Shown piece by piece: positions 15,848 to 25,232 of a stretch of DNA of 26,967 bases. A program made the position numbers and the translations under genes. Below the pieces are notes generated by a model. The model was not told the DNA's origin. It did not search any database and saw only the letters and a list, made by a program, of their open reading frames with translations. The stretch comes from a virus (taxonomy: Duplodnaviria; Caudoviricetes). The stretch is taken from positions 1-26,967 of the IMG/VR virus record IMGVR_UViG_3300044731_000124. One strand, written 5' to 3'. The first letter of the stretch is position 1. Every line of letters starts with the position of its first letter.

Positions 15848-16926
15848 TGGCTAATATATCAGCACGTTCTCCATTTATAGTAGAGATAGATGAAGCAGGG
15901 CAAATAGAAACGAAAGTAGAATTAAGAATATGGAACGGGTCACCTGCTTCTGTACCAGCTTCAGCAACGTATACTTTAAGCAAGCTTATACCTGCGCCAA
16001 CGGTTACAAAAACAACTTACAATATTAGTCCGTACATAAAAGAATATATAACGCACCCATCGTTTCAAAACAACTATAATGTTACCAATACGGCTTTAAC
16101 TAATGCGGAAAGCTGCAACGTACAAGTAAAAAGATTTAAGAAATTAACTACAACTTTTACGCAGGTAGGTAGCACGGAGTTATATACTGCTTTTGATGGT
16201 TACGGATTATATACGGAAGGTTACAATGAGGACTTAGGCGAAGTATTATTATATGAAAAGACGTATTATTATTTATACGATGCTAACGCAAATTTAGCAA
16301 CCGATACTTTAAAAAGGGCAGGTAGTGTAACGTGGAATGCTACTGCAGGGCAAAAGCTAAGATACACCGAGTTAGGCACAGGAACAATATTTAATGCGAC
16401 AATACCTACAAGCGATGTAATAACATCTTTTAGGGTAAGCACTTCTTTCTACGACAACGGGAACTTAATGGAGATTTTAGATGCTTCAAATAATGTTCTT
16501 TGGAGTGCTACCTTTAAGCCAAAAACAGAATGTAAATATGAGCCTGTTTGCTGCGACTTTATCAATAGATACGGAGCGTGGCAAAGAGAGTTCTTCTTTA
16601 AGGCATCTAAGAATAGTATTAACGTTGAAAACTCAGAGTATAATTTGCTTCAGTCCAATCTTGTTAATTATAGCGTATTGGAAGGACAAAGAAAAACGTT
16701 CAACACGAACTATTCAGAAACTATTACGGTGAATACGGATTGGGTACCTGAGGACTTCAGCGAGAATCTACGTGAGTTAATGACAAGTGAAAGAATATTG
16801 TTAGACAATAGACCTGTTAAACTAAACACGAAAAGCACGGAGTTATTTAAACAGATAAACACGAAAATGATAAACTATACTTTAGAATTTCAGTATGCAA
16901 GTGATATAATTAACAACGTAGTATAA
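15847..16926 (+). CDS. Tail tip / distal tail-like structural protein
   Basis: Beta-rich, FINRYGAWQ motif, TAATG coupling, tail context. Confidence 0.55.
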   Translation: MANISARSPFIVEIDEAGQIETKVELRIWNGSPASVPASATYTLSKLIPAPTVTKTTYNISPYIKEYITHPSFQNNYNVTNTALTNAESCNVQVKRFKKLTTTFTQVGSTELYTAFDGYGLYTEGYNEDLGEVLLYEKTYYYLYDANANLATDTLKRAGSVTWNATAGQKLRYTELGTGTIFNATIPTSDVITSFRVSTSFYDNGNLMEILDASNNVLWSATFKPKTECKYEPVCCDFINRYGAWQREFFFKASKNSINVENSEYNLLQSNLVNYSVLEGQRKTFNTNYSETITVNTDWVPEDFSENLRELMTSERILLDNRPVKLNTKSTELFKQINTKMINYTLEFQYASDIINNVV

Positions 16927-19271
16927 TGGAAAGAAAAGTACAGATATATATTGAAGGTGAGCGTTTAGAGTTATTCGATGACGAAAAGATTTCTATAACA
17001 TCGAGCATTCAAAACGTACAGGATATTTCTAAAACATTTACCGATTTATCACAGAGTTTTACCGTACCTGCAAGTGAGCATAACAACGCTATATTTAAAC
17101 ACTTCTACGAGAATGCTATAGATAATAGCTACGACTATCAGGTAAGAAGGGATGCAAGGATAGAGATAGATTTAATTCCATTTAGAACGGGTAAGATACA
17201 ACTCGAAAAGGCGAATGTAAAAAAGGGTTTAGCACAAAGTTATAGCATTACGTTTTATGGCGATTTAAGAACGTTACAAGATTACTTCGGGGAAGACAAG
17301 CTAAACACTTTAGATATGTCCCCCTACACACACGAATACAACGGGGCAGAAGTTCAAACACGGATAACAAGTTCTTCAAGTTATGACATACGATATCCTT
17401 TAATCTCAAGTAGTAGAGTTTGGCAGTATGGCGGTGGTGGAGCGCAAGACATAAGCCAGAATAGCCACCATATGCATTACTACGAGTTATTTCCTGCGGT
17501 AAGAATAAGCAAAGTATTTGAAGCTATAGAAACGAAATATGATATAGATTTTCAAGGATTATTTCTAAATGACAAGAGGTTTACGAATTGTTACTTATGG
17601 CTAAAGAATAAAGATACGTTTGCTTTTTACTCAGATAGGAAAGCATTGGATTTTACTGCGGTAAGCCAAGCAACAGGAGTAGGTACGGCAGCTATATTAG
17701 ATAGGAATGTTTTAAAGTTTAATTACGACAATGAAAACTCAATAGGTGGTACAGTACCCGGAACACTTAAACAGATTCAGTTTTATGTAAATGCATACGG
17801 AGTAGGTGGAGCAGATGTTACAACAAGCGATGTATTTATTGATGTGTACGAAAACGATAATCTTATAGCTACCGTTAGTGCTTCTTTTGGTAATGCAGCA
17901 GAATATACAGGAATCGTTGATTGGGATGGTTCTTTAGATACTGAGTTTTCTTTTGTGGGTAGAGCAGAAGGTGATGTAATTGTAGGTTATTGGTGTGAGT
18001 TGAATTTGTTAATTAATGGTTCTTTAACAGATGCAAGTGGTAACTTTTGGGACTATGCTTATGTAACGGTTACTGATAACACATTTACAAAAGACTTAGA
18101 TATTTCTGGCAATTTCCCAGATATGAAGATAAGCGATTTCGTAGCGGGTATATTAAAACAATTCAACTTAACGTGTTATGGTTTATCTCCTACTATATTT
18201 CAGATTGAACCTTTAGAGGATTGGTATAGCAAAGGAAGAATAATAGACGTAACAAAACATATTGATATAAATAGCATAGATTACGAGCGTGTAAAGTTAT
18301 ATAAGAAAATAGGATTTAAGCATTTAAAAAGTGCTACTATTTTAAACACACAATTTGCAGCTAATAATAATCGTGAGTATGGAGATTTAGAGCAGGTATA
18401 TGATTACGATGGCGGTGAGTATGTGATACAATTACCTTTTGAGAATCTTTGCCACCAAAAGTTTACAGGAACGGATTTACAGGTAGGTTACTCTTTAGAC
18501 AAAACTTTAGCACCTATTATTCCGCAGCCTATTTTATTGTATATGAATGAGCAAAAGACGGTATCATTCTACTTTAACGATGGAACGTCTACAAATCATA
18601 TAACAAGCTATATGCCTTTTGGGCAGGATTTAATTTATAACTCTTCAAAATATACCTTAAACTTTGGTCAAGATAATAGCACATTCTTTTTAGAGCCTAT
18701 TGAAAGAAATATCTTTAAAGTATATTACTATAACTACTTAGCTAATTTATACTCTAAGAAACAAAGGTTAGTAAGTTGTAAAGGATTATTCCCCACTCCT
18801 ATTCTTACAAGTCTAAAGATGAACGATAGGATATTAATTAGGGACAAAAGGTATATCATAAACGAGATAAAAACGGAAACAACCACAGGAGATGTGGATT
18901 TAGTTTTGTTAAATGATTTTCGTTCTATAAAGGCATTAAATGCCCCTAAGACAGGAAAGGGAGTATTAACTGTAACGGTGGGTGTGTTGCTACCTACTGG
19001 AGTAACTGAGGTTGCTTTAGATATGGGAACTACAGGTGTAACGGCAAGTGCTGCTACAATTACTACAGACACGGATGTTGTATTTACTTATCCTGTAGTA
19101 ACTCCAAGTTATACGATTATCGCAGAAAACTCAGACGATTTAATAACGGAGTTTAACCAATACCTAAGAGGAGAAGAAGGAAACACTAACGTTTACGATA
19201 TAGAATTAACTTATACAAACGAGGACGGAAGCACAGAGGTAGACATCCTAACACTAACACAAGAAGTATGA
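16926..19271 (+). CDS. Large tail tip / baseplate hub-like protein (781 aa)
   Basis: N-terminal SQSFTVPAS..NN.IF.HFY pattern; variable-looking central region; tail context. Confidence 0.6.
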   Translation: MERKVQIYIEGERLELFDDEKISITSSIQNVQDISKTFTDLSQSFTVPASEHNNAIFKHFYENAIDNSYDYQVRRDARIEIDLIPFRTGKIQLEKANVKKGLAQSYSITFYGDLRTLQDYFGEDKLNTLDMSPYTHEYNGAEVQTRITSSSSYDIRYPLISSSRVWQYGGGGAQDISQNSHHMHYYELFPAVRISKVFEAIETKYDIDFQGLFLNDKRFTNCYLWLKNKDTFAFYSDRKALDFTAVSQATGVGTAAILDRNVLKFNYDNENSIGGTVPGTLKQIQFYVNAYGVGGADVTTSDVFIDVYENDNLIATVSASFGNAAEYTGIVDWDGSLDTEFSFVGRAEGDVIVGYWCELNLLINGSLTDASGNFWDYAYVTVTDNTFTKDLDISGNFPDMKISDFVAGILKQFNLTCYGLSPTIFQIEPLEDWYSKGRIIDVTKHIDINSIDYERVKLYKKIGFKHLKSATILNTQFAANNNREYGDLEQVYDYDGGEYVIQLPFENLCHQKFTGTDLQVGYSLDKTLAPIIPQPILLYMNEQKTVSFYFNDGTSTNHITSYMPFGQDLIYNSSKYTLNFGQDNSTFFLEPIERNIFKVYYYNYLANLYSKKQRLVSCKGLFPTPILTSLKMNDRILIRDKRYIINEIKTETTTGDVDLVLLNDFRSIKALNAPKTGKGVLTVTVGVLLPTGVTEVALDMGTTGVTASAATITTDTDVVFTYPVVTPSYTIIAENSDDLITEFNQYLRGEEGNTNVYDIELTYTNEDGSTEVDILTLTQEV

Positions 19272-19423
19272 TTAAGAATATTTTAGAACTGCTTAAGATA
19301 GACGATTTCTACGGAAAAACGGAGTTTATAGACATAGCAAAAGGTAAGTATAAAATACCTACAAGTGTACGTGAAGCATACAAACAAGGTAAAAGAGAGT
19401 TAAAGAGTAAAAGACGTAAGTAA
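19268..19423 (+). CDS. Small basic protein (51 aa, MIKNILELLKIDDFYG...IAKGKY), not in ORF track
   Basis: ATGA and TAATG coupling on either side. Confidence 0.7.
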   Translation: MIKNILELLKIDDFYGKTEFIDIAKGKYKIPTSVREAYKQGKRELKSKRRK

Positions 19424-21279
19424 TGGCTGAAAAGAAAGTAATAGAATTAGAGGTTAAGAGTGACTCGTTAGGAAGTCTTAAATCGCAACTAAGAGCAGCA
19501 CAGAATGAAGTTACTGCTATGGCAGAAAAGTTCGGTGCAACTTCTGAACAAGCCGTTAAAGCAGCAAAGAAAGCAGCGGAATTAAAAGATGCTATCGGAG
19601 ATGCTAAAGCGTTAACAGATGCCTTTAACCCAGACGCTAAATTCAATGCGTTATCTGCTTCTATTGGTGGTGCGTTAAATGGATTTCAAGCATTTGAAGG
19701 TGCTTTAGGTTTAGTAGGTGTAGAATCTGAAGACTTACAGAAAACTTTACTGAAGGTTCAATCTGCTATGGCACTATCTCAAGGTGTTCAAGGATTGTTG
19801 GAAGCTAAAGATAGCTTTAAGCAATTAGGAGCAGTAGCAGCGGATGCGTTAAAAGGAATACGTACAGGAATCGCAGCTACAGGTATAGGTTTATTAGTTA
19901 TTGCGGTAGGTACTTTAGTAGCTTATTGGGATGACATTAAAAGTGCTATTAGTGGAGTTAGCGCAGAGCAGGAAGCGTTAAATGTTAAATCACAAAAAGA
20001 CGTAGACCTACAGAAAGAAAAGTTAGAGAGTTTAGATTCTCAAGACAATATCTTAAAGCTACAAGGACTTACAGAAAAGCAAATACTTCAGCTTAAAATA
20101 AAGCAAACAGATGAAGCTATAAAGGCTTATGAAATATCTATTAAGAATCAGGAGCAAACTTTAAAGGCACAGATACAAGCCGAGCAGCGAAACAAAGAGA
20201 TACTTAAAGGAATACTTCAATTTATTTTAGCACCTATAAACCTACTCTTAAAAACCGTAGACGAGATAGGCGCATTTTTAGGTAAGGATTGGAACTTGCA
20301 AGACCAAGTAATGGATTGGACTGCTTCATTAATCTTTGACCCTAAAGAAGTAGAAGAAGAAGGAATGAAGGCTATTGCAGAATCTAAAAAGGCTTTAGCA
20401 GAATTAAAGAACCAACAAGCAGGATTTAAATTAGAAATACAAGCTATTGATAAACAAGCAGCGGATGCTCGTAGACAAGCACAAAAAGACGCAGATGCTA
20501 AACGATTAGCAGCAGAAAAGGAAGCTAATGATAAGTTAAAAGAACTTGCTGAAGACAAAGCTAAATTTGATTTAGAGCAAATCGAACTTGATGAAATTAG
20601 ACAAGAACAAGCCTACCAAAGAAAGTTAGATGCAGCAGCAAAAGCCGCAGAAGAAGAGAAGGCTATGGAAGATGCTTTACGAGCAGAACGATTAGCAGCA
20701 GAACAAGCAGATGAAATAAGACAAGAGGAAGCGTGGGCAAGAGAACAAGAAGGAATAGCAAAACTTCAAGAATTAAAATACGCAGCAGTTTTACAAGGTT
20801 TAACATTAATCTCTGACTTATCCGAAGTCTTTGCTAAGAAAGGAGAGAAACAAGCTAAGAGAGCATTTGAGATACAAAAGGCGGCAAGTATAGCGGCAGC
20901 AGTAATTACAACTTACCAGAGTGCAGTTAGTGCGTATCAATCTCAGTTCTTACCATTGCCCGACCCAACGTCACCTATTAGAGGTGCTATCGCAGCAGGT
21001 ATAGCCGTAGCAGCAGGATTAGGAAACGTAGCTAAAATAGCATCACAAAAGTTTGAAGGTAGCGGTTCTATTAGTGCTTCTGCTACACCAAGTGGTGGTG
21101 GCGGAGGTGGAGGTGGTTCAGTTATCACTCCTAACTTTAACTTAGTAGGAAACGCTCAAGCAACTAATCCACTAGCAGGATTAGGAGAGGGATTAATTCA
21201 AGCCTATGTAGTAAGTGGAGATGTAACGACTGCTCAGTCTTTAGATAGGAATAGAGTGAATAACGCAACGTTTGGATAA
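19423..21279 (+). CDS. Tape measure protein (618 aa)
   Basis: Ala/Gln/Lys-rich helical protein with hydrophobic GA-rich segments, long coiled coil and Gly linker near the C-terminus. Confidence 0.8.
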   Translation: MAEKKVIELEVKSDSLGSLKSQLRAAQNEVTAMAEKFGATSEQAVKAAKKAAELKDAIGDAKALTDAFNPDAKFNALSASIGGALNGFQAFEGALGLVGVESEDLQKTLLKVQSAMALSQGVQGLLEAKDSFKQLGAVAADALKGIRTGIAATGIGLLVIAVGTLVAYWDDIKSAISGVSAEQEALNVKSQKDVDLQKEKLESLDSQDNILKLQGLTEKQILQLKIKQTDEAIKAYEISIKNQEQTLKAQIQAEQRNKEILKGILQFILAPINLLLKTVDEIGAFLGKDWNLQDQVMDWTASLIFDPKEVEEEGMKAIAESKKALAELKNQQAGFKLEIQAIDKQAADARRQAQKDADAKRLAAEKEANDKLKELAEDKAKFDLEQIELDEIRQEQAYQRKLDAAAKAAEEEKAMEDALRAERLAAEQADEIRQEEAWAREQEGIAKLQELKYAAVLQGLTLISDLSEVFAKKGEKQAKRAFEIQKAASIAAAVITTYQSAVSAYQSQFLPLPDPTSPIRGAIAAGIAVAAGLGNVAKIASQKFEGSGSISASATPSGGGGGGGGSVITPNFNLVGNAQATNPLAGLGEGLIQAYVVSGDVTTAQSLDRNRVNNATFG

Positions 21280-21291
21280 TTATAAAGTTAT
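21267..21291 (+). promoter_or_regulatory. Candidate late promoter AAC-N15-AAGTTAT
   Basis: Motif with identical spacing; ATG follows after 6 nt. Confidence 0.6.
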
Positions 21292-21297
21292 TAGGTT

Positions 21298-22359
21298 ATG
21301 AATAAGATAATAGAATTAGTGATAGACGAGAACGATGAGATGAGCGGGATAGATGCCGTTTCTGTAGTTAGTTCTCCTGCAATAGAAGAGAATTTTATTG
21401 CGTTACATAAACACGAAGTAGAGTTGAAAGAAATAGATACTGAGAAGCGTATCTTAATGGGTGCTGCTTTAGTGCCTAATAAACAAATCTACAGACGTAA
21501 CGACAAGAACGAAGAGTATCATATCTATTTCAGTAAGGACACAGTTAGAAAAGCATCTGAGTTATTTCTAATGAGAGCAAACCAAAATAACGCTACATAC
21601 GAACACGATAAAAAATTAAGTGGAATGAGTGTGGTAGAATCGTGGATTATCGAAGATGAGAAAAAAGACAAATCTGCAAAATACGGATTCAGTCTACCTG
21701 TAGGAACTTGGATGATTTCTATGAAGGTAAATAATGATGAAGTATGGAAAGACGTAAAAGAAGGTAAAGTAAAAGGATTTTCTATAGAAGGTTACTTTGC
21801 AGATAAATACGAAATGAGCCTTAAACCTACGATTACTGAGCCAGAAACAGAAGAGGAATTAATTGAGAAGTTAAAAGCACTTATTTTAAAAGCTGAACAA
21901 GAGGAATTAGAAGAGGGAGTAGAGCATTACACAAAAGACGGAAAGGTATATACAGGCCCAACGCATAAAGACGCTTCAGGTCGTTTAATGACGGGAGCGG
22001 TACATACAGAAGATAGCGAGTATTTATATCATAAAGACGAACTACCATTACAACTTGAAAGCTACACAGACTATCCAGAAGCAGCTAAAGAAAACGCTAA
22101 GATAGCTTTAAGATATGCAGAAGAAAACGGATGGGGAGATTGCGGAACACCTGTAGGTAAAGCACGAGCAAATCAGTTAGCAAATGGCGAACCTATAAGC
22201 GAAGAAACTATTGCACGAATGGCATCGTTTGAACGTCAACGTCAAAACTCTGACAAGGAGTTAGGAGATGGATGTGGTAGATTAATGTGGTTAGCTTGGG
22301 GTGGAGATGAAGGAGTAGAATGGGCGCAACGTAAATTAGAACAAATCAAAAACAAATAA
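21298..22359 (+). CDS. XkdF-like prohead serine protease with C-terminal accessory domains
   Basis: EKRILMGAALVP, YEHD, GTWMISMKV, GKVKGFSIEG; directly upstream of scaffold and capsid. Confidence 0.75.
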   Translation: MNKIIELVIDENDEMSGIDAVSVVSSPAIEENFIALHKHEVELKEIDTEKRILMGAALVPNKQIYRRNDKNEEYHIYFSKDTVRKASELFLMRANQNNATYEHDKKLSGMSVVESWIIEDEKKDKSAKYGFSLPVGTWMISMKVNNDEVWKDVKEGKVKGFSIEGYFADKYEMSLKPTITEPETEEELIEKLKALILKAEQEELEEGVEHYTKDGKVYTGPTHKDASGRLMTGAVHTEDSEYLYHKDELPLQLESYTDYPEAAKENAKIALRYAEENGWGDCGTPVGKARANQLANGEPISEETIARMASFERQRQNSDKELGDGCGRLMWLAWGGDEGVEWAQRKLEQIKNK

Positions 22360-22360
22360 G

Positions 22361-22546
22361 ATGGCAAAACAAAAAACACTAAGTAAGACAAGTCCTAAAG
22401 GCGGTAAAAGAGGATGCCTTTGTGACGATGGTACGTATAACTCAAAATGCTGCACAGGAGAGTTGCAAAATCAAGGAGTTGGTAGTACGGTAAATCAAGT
22501 CGTAAGTAACGTTGTAAACACGAACACGGAAAGACAGATTAATTAA
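22361..22546 (+). CDS. Small Cys-rich protein (61 aa)
   Basis: SPKGGKRGCLC..TY..KCC.G..QGVG; tight packing. Confidence 0.7.
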   Translation: MAKQKTLSKTSPKGGKRGCLCDDGTYNSKCCTGELQNQGVGSTVNQVVSNVVNTNTERQIN

Positions 22547-22553
22547 AAAATAC

Positions 22554-22578
22554 AACAGAACAAAAACACGAAAGTTAT
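22554..22578 (+). promoter_or_regulatory. Candidate late promoter AAC-N15-AAGTTAT
   Basis: Motif with identical spacing in the intergenic gap before scaffold and capsid. Confidence 0.6.
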
Positions 22579-22597
22579 TAAGTTATAAATGTTAAAT

Positions 22598-23209
22598 ATG
22601 AAAAAGAACGTAATCAATCAAATTAAAGAACTTCTCGGGATGGAAGTTAAATTGGGTACTATGAAACTTTCAGACGGAGTAACGGTATTGGAAGCTGAAG
22701 TATTTGAAGCAGGAGCAGAAGTTTTTATAGTTGCTGAAGACCAAAAAATTGCTTTGCCTGTAGGAGAGTATGAATTGGAAGATTCTAAAATGTTGGTAGT
22801 AATCGAAGAAGGTATTATTGCTGAAATTAAAGAAATGGAAGCTGAAGAGGAAATGCCAATTGAAGAGCCAGAAGCAGAAGCAGAGGTAGAAGTTGAAGCA
22901 GAAGCCGCAGCACCTAAAGACATTAAAAAGACAGTTGAATCTATCGTTAAAGAAACGTTCTTCTCAGAAATGGAAGCACTTAAAATTGAAAACGAAGAGT
23001 TGAAAGCTAAGTTAGAAATGTTTTCAAAAGTTGAGCCTACTACAGAAGTTGCTACTGAAGAAACTACTAAAGAAAATAAGGTTGAATTAGAGGAAGTATC
23101 TCCTATCACTTTCAACCCTGAGAATGTAAATAAAGTTGAGGGATTCAAATTTGCTTCTAAAAGAGCAAGAACTACAATGGATTCTATTCTTGAAAAATTA
23201 AATAAATAA
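22598..23209 (+). CDS. Capsid scaffolding protein (putative; alternative start 22589)
   Basis: Very acidic, coiled-coil; sits between protease and major capsid. Confidence 0.7.
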   Translation: MKKNVINQIKELLGMEVKLGTMKLSDGVTVLEAEVFEAGAEVFIVAEDQKIALPVGEYELEDSKMLVVIEEGIIAEIKEMEAEEEMPIEEPEAEAEVEVEAEAAAPKDIKKTVESIVKETFFSEMEALKIENEELKAKLEMFSKVEPTTEVATEETTKENKVELEEVSPITFNPENVNKVEGFKFASKRARTTMDSILEKLNK

Positions 23210-23232
23210 TTAACTAATAATTTAAAAAAAAG

Positions 23233-24186
23233 ATGGCTACTACAACATCAATTACAACTACTTATGCTGGGGAGTTCGCAGGTAAGTACATTGCTGCAGC
23301 GCTTTTGTCTGCACCAACTTTAGAGCAAGGTGGTTTAACTATCCACCCAAATGTTAAGTACAAGCAAGTTATCCAACGTGTTGCTACTGACGGAATCGTT
23401 AAGAACGCTACTTGTGACTTCGATGCTACTTCAACTTTAACTCTTACTGAAAGAGTATTGAATCCTGAAGAGTTCCAAGTTAACCTACAACTTTGTAAAA
23501 AAGATTTCCACCAAACTTGGCAAGCGGCTGAGATGGGTTACGGAGCATTCGATGTTCTTCCTAAATCTTTCGCTGATTTCCTTATTGCTCACGTAGCTGA
23601 GAAAGTTGCTTCTCATATGGAAGGTGTTATTTGGGAAGGTAACAATGCTTCTGCAGGTGAGTTCTCGGGTATTATGCGCCAACTTGCAGTTGATTCTGCT
23701 TTACCATCCGCACAAGAGGTAGCAGGTACTACAGTAGATGCAGGTGACGTTATTGCTGAACTTGGTAAAATCGTAGATGCTTGTCCATCACGTTTGTACG
23801 GACAACCAGATTTGAAATTGTATCTTTCTTCTAACATCGTACGTGCTTATATCCGTGCTTTGGGTGGATTTGGTGCATCAGGTTTGGGTGCTAATGGTGT
23901 TAACGCACAAGGTACTCAGTGGTATACTAACGGTTCACTTTCTTTCGATGGTATTCCAATCTTCTTGGCTTATGGTCTTGATGACAACAAAGGTCTTTTG
24001 ACTCAGTCTTCTAACCTACACTTCGCTACGGGTCTTCTTTCTGACTTGAATGAAGTTAAAGTTATCGATATGGCAGACCTTGATGGTTCTCAAAACGTAC
24101 GAGTAATTATGCGTTTTACTGCAGATGCTAAATACGGATTTGCAGGAGATTGTGTTACTTACGGTGTAACTAACTCAGCTAACTAA
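23233..24186 (+). CDS. Major capsid protein
   Basis: 317 aa; strongly biased high-expression codon usage; follows scaffold and precedes a terminator. Confidence 0.85.
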   Translation: MATTTSITTTYAGEFAGKYIAAALLSAPTLEQGGLTIHPNVKYKQVIQRVATDGIVKNATCDFDATSTLTLTERVLNPEEFQVNLQLCKKDFHQTWQAAEMGYGAFDVLPKSFADFLIAHVAEKVASHMEGVIWEGNNASAGEFSGIMRQLAVDSALPSAQEVAGTTVDAGDVIAELGKIVDACPSRLYGQPDLKLYLSSNIVRAYIRALGGFGASGLGANGVNAQGTQWYTNGSLSFDGIPIFLAYGLDDNKGLLTQSSNLHFATGLLSDLNEVKVIDMADLDGSQNVRVIMRFTADAKYGFAGDCVTYGVTNSAN

Positions 24187-24206
24187 TCTTAACCAATAAA
24201 ATAACG

Positions 24207-24238
24207 AGGGTGGTGGAATATCTACCACCCTTTTTTTT
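24207..24238 (+). terminator. Intrinsic terminator
   Basis: AGGGTGGTGGA / TCTACCACCCT stem followed by a T8 run. Confidence 0.85.
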
Positions 24239-24260
24239 ATAATATTTAAAACTTAAAAAA

Positions 24261-24812
24261 ATGAGTTGTGATATCGCAAACGGAAGAATAGAGCCTTGTA
24301 AAGATGCGGTAGGTGGTTTAGATGCTATCTACATTATCAATTACGGAGACTATTCTTACCCAAATGATTTAACGTATAACGTTACCAACACGGATGTTAT
24401 TGATGACATTAACAACGTAACAAACGTGTATAAATTCGAACTTAAAGGAACTAACTCTTTTGAGCAAACGATAAACTCTTCAAGAGACAACGGAACTACT
24501 TTTGTAGAGCAGGTTTTAGTTGCTAACTTGAAAAAGCAAGATGTAGCCACCCATAAAATGGTTAAGTTACTTGCTTACGGACGTCCTCACATCGTGGTAA
24601 GAAACAGAAATAATCAGTTCTTTCTTGCAGGTGTAGAGAGAGGAATGGATGTAACTGCGGGTACTATCTCTAACGGAACGGCACTTGGGGATTTTTCTGG
24701 GTACACTTTGACGTTCACAGGAATGGAGAATATCCCTGCAAACTTCTTAAATTGTTCAACTGAGGTAGGACTTAGAACGGTTCTTTCTAACGCCACTATT
24801 GTAACTGTATAG
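24261..24812 (+). CDS. Major tail tube protein (putative)
   Basis: 183 aa beta-rich (NGTTFVEQVL, GYTLTFTGME); followed by a terminator. Confidence 0.65.
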   Translation: MSCDIANGRIEPCKDAVGGLDAIYIINYGDYSYPNDLTYNVTNTDVIDDINNVTNVYKFELKGTNSFEQTINSSRDNGTTFVEQVLVANLKKQDVATHKMVKLLAYGRPHIVVRNRNNQFFLAGVERGMDVTAGTISNGTALGDFSGYTLTFTGMENIPANFLNCSTEVGLRTVLSNATIVTV

Positions 24813-24836
24813 TTTTTCTTTCATAATAGTTGGATT

Positions 24837-24866
24837 AGGGTAGCTTCGGTTACCCTTTTCTTTTTT
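24837..24866 (+). terminator. Intrinsic terminator with cUUCGg tetraloop
   Basis: AGGGTAGC-TTCG-GTTACCCT followed by TTTCTTTTTT. Confidence 0.85.
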
Positions 24867-24868
24867 AA

Positions 24869-24893
24869 AACAATATCGAAGTGTTTAAGTTAA
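24869..24893 (+). promoter_or_regulatory. Candidate late promoter AAC-N15-AAGTTAA
   Basis: Immediately after the terminator; identical spacing; ATG follows after 6 nt. Confidence 0.6.
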
Positions 24894-24899
24894 TATAGT

Positions 24900-25232
24900 A
24901 TGATAGTATTAAATGTATCAGCTACAAGCCAAATTATTAGCTTCATTCCACGAGAGGAAAGCTATGATACTTTGGAGTTAACTGACGAGCAAACAAATGA
25001 TACGCAGGTTGTAACTATAATCGATTCTACGGTAGGTGAATATTACCACACTATAGAAGCTATATTTGATTTAGTTGAAAATCATTTCTATATGTTGGTA
25101 TTAAAAAACGGAAGTGATATAGTATTTAAAGACAAGATATTTTGTACTAATCAGCCTTTGGTATCATTTAGCGTAAACAATGGTCAGTATGTAAGTTCGA
25201 CCACAACAAACGACTTTATAATTTATGAGTAA
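24900..25232 (+). CDS. Hypothetical structural protein (110 aa)
   Basis: Beta-rich ORF overlapping the portal start. Confidence 0.7.
   Translation: MIVLNVSATSQIISFIPREESYDTLELTDEQTNDTQVVTIIDSTVGEYYHTIEAIFDLVENHFYMLVLKNGSDIVFKDKIFCTNQPLVSFSVNNGQYVSSTTTNDFIIYE

Noticed and set aside
21093-21117. GGT/GGC/GGA repeat in the tape measure gene
   Set aside because: Simple poly-Gly linker with mixed codons
22618-23148. Minus-strand ORFs in the track (this one and 2258-2482, 10869-11207, 12840-13268, 14156-14518, 20217-20558 etc.)
   Set aside because: All are antisense shadows of well-supported + strand genes, Ser/Phe/Leu-rich and without motifs
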